Positions 62,314 to 64,000 of a DNA stretch of 64,000 bases are shown in pieces; position 1 is the first letter of the stretch, and every line of letters starts with the position of its first letter. A program made the position numbers and the translations under genes. Location of the stretch: the NCBI GenBank assembly GCA_030390025.1, contig CM059432.1:39682001-39746000 (forward strand). Direction: 5' to 3'. This stretch comes from Squalus acanthias. Lineage: Eukaryota. The notes beneath the pieces were generated by a model. That model worked only from the letters and a program-made list of their open reading frames with translations, was not told the origin of the DNA and made no database searches.

Positions 62314-62725
62314 GAATCATAGAGTGGTTACAGCACAGAAGGAGGCCATTCGGCCCATCGAGCCTGTGCCAGCTCTCTGCAAGAGCACTTCAGCTCGTCC
62401 CACTCCCCCGCCCTTTCCCTGTAGCCCTGCAATTTTTTTTCCTTCAGGTACTTATCCAATTCCCTTTTGAAAGTCACGATTGAATCTGCCTCCACCACCC
62501 TTTCAGGCAGTACATTCCAGATCCTAACCACTCACTGCGTAAAAAAGTTTTTCCTCATGTCACCTTTGGTTCTTCTGCCAATCACCTTAAATCTGTGTCC
62601 TCTGGTTCTCGATCCTGCCGCCAATGGGAACAGTTTCCCTCTATCTACTCTGTCTAGACCCCTCATGATTTTGAACACCTTTATCAAATATCCTCTCAAC
62701 CTTCTCTGCTCTAAGGAGACCAACC
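62314..62725 (-). mobile_element. CR1 3' fragment
   Basis: SLEQRRLRG..IKVFKIMRG and IWNVLPERVVEADS, with a tail at about 62314. Confidence 0.85.
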
Positions 62726-62727
62726 TT

Positions 62728-64000
62728 AGGGGGTGTAAAAAAGGAGGGGGTGTCGCAATATTAATCAAGGAGTCAATTACTGCTGTAAGGAGGGATGATA
62801 TCTTAGCAGGTTCCTCTAATGAGGCCATATGGGTAGAACTTAAAAACAAAAAGTGGGCAAGCACTTTGCTGGGAGTGTACTATAGGCCCCAAAACAGTCA
62901 GGGGGAGATAGAGGAACAGATATGTAGGCAAATCTCAGAGAAGTGTAGAAATAATAGGATAATAATAGTAGGGGATTTCAACTTCCCCAATATTAACTGG
63001 GATAGTCAGAGTGTGAAAGGCTTAGAGGGTGCGGAATTCTTAAAGTGCATCCAGGAGAGCTTTTTGAGCCAGCATGTAGAAAGTCCCACAAGAGAGGGGG
63101 CGGTACTGGACCTAATTCTAGGGAATGTAGCCGGGCAAGTGGTAGAAGTGTCAGTAGGAGAGCATTTTGGTGACAGTGACCATAATTCGGTGAGATTTAA
63201 GGTAGTCATGGAAAAGGACAAAAATAGACCGGAAATAAAGGTTCTAAATTGGGGGAAGGCCGATTTTAATATGATAAGGCAGGATCTGGCCAAAGTGGAC
63301 TGGGATCAGCTACTTGTAGGAAAATCCACATCAGAGCAGTGGGAGTCTTTCAGAAAGGAAATAGAGAGAGTACAACGCCAACATGTTCCCGTAAAGGTCA
63401 AGGGTGGGACGAACAAGCCCAGGGAACCCTGGATGTCAAGGGATATACAAGAATGGATTAGGAAAAAAAGGGAGGCTTTTGGCAGATACAAAGAACTAAA
63501 AACAGTGGAAGCCCTAGAGGAATATAGAAAGTGCAGGGGGGTACTTAAAAAAGAAATTAGGAGAGCGAAGAGGGGGCATGAAAAAACACTGGCGGGCAAA
63601 ATAAAGGAAAATCCCAAGGTGTTTTATAAGTATATTAAGGGCAAGAGGATAACCAGGGAAAGAGTAGGGCCCATTAGGGACCAAAGTGGCAATCTGTGTG
63701 TAGAGCCGGAAGATGTGGGTGAGGTTTTAAATGAATATTTTGCATCTGTGTTCACTATGGAGAAGGATGATGTAGGCATAGAAATCAGACAGGGGGATTG
63801 TGATATACTTGAACAAATTAGTATTGAGAGGGAAGAGGTACTAGCAGTTTTAGCGGGCTTCAAAGTGGATAAATCCCCAGGCCCAGACGAGATGTATCCC
63901 AGGCTGCTGTGTGAGGCAAGGGAGGAGATTGCAGGGGCTCTGACACAAATTTTCAGAACCTCTCTGGCCACAGGGGAGGTGCCAGAGGACTGGAGAACAG
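62728..64000 (+). mobile_element. Relatively young CR1 ORF2 (APE endonuclease onward), running off the window
   Basis: GGGVAILIK, GVYYRP, VGDFNFPNINW, LDLIL, SDHNSV and KSPGPDEMYPRLL, with no stop noticed. Confidence 0.9.

Noticed and set aside
62314..64000. Twin-primed (5'-inverted) single CR1 insertion
   Set aside because: The inverted piece is a 3' terminus rather than the segment adjacent to the breakpoint, so two separate insertions are more plausible.

Overview
Repeat-dense vertebrate genomic DNA, most likely from a cartilaginous fish (inferred from the Deu-domain SINEs, CR1/L2 tails and Penelope-type remnant). The only host gene I can support is the 3' end of CFAP418 (C8orf37): three coding exons on the + strand at 1087-1152, 2651-2746 and 8145-8298. 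The main feature is a young, full-length 13.4-kb endogenous retrovirus-like provirus on the minus strand (47621-61021). It has 1.6-kb LTRs about 99% identical, a GCTG target-site duplication and an 18-nt tRNA-Arg(TCG)-type PBS. Its pol is intact (PR, RT, dead RNase H tether, second RNase H, IN), and its env resembles a Mononegavirales-F-type class I fusogen, consistent with a lokiretrovirus-like lineage. Three details are unusual: an immunoglobulin-like domain at the env N-terminus, gag-pol joined by a UGA-CUAG readthrough context, and a gag ATG lying inside the PBS that is visible only after removing a MITE inserted in gag. A related solo LTR lies at 10293-11957. The rest is three decayed two-gene Harbinger transposons, their MITEs (including a 1.8-kb inverted pair in a CR1 tail), CR1/L2/RTE LINE fragments, SINEs and a 36-bp minisatellite. 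Family names come from motif recognition, not database searches, and boundaries of decayed repeats are approximate.
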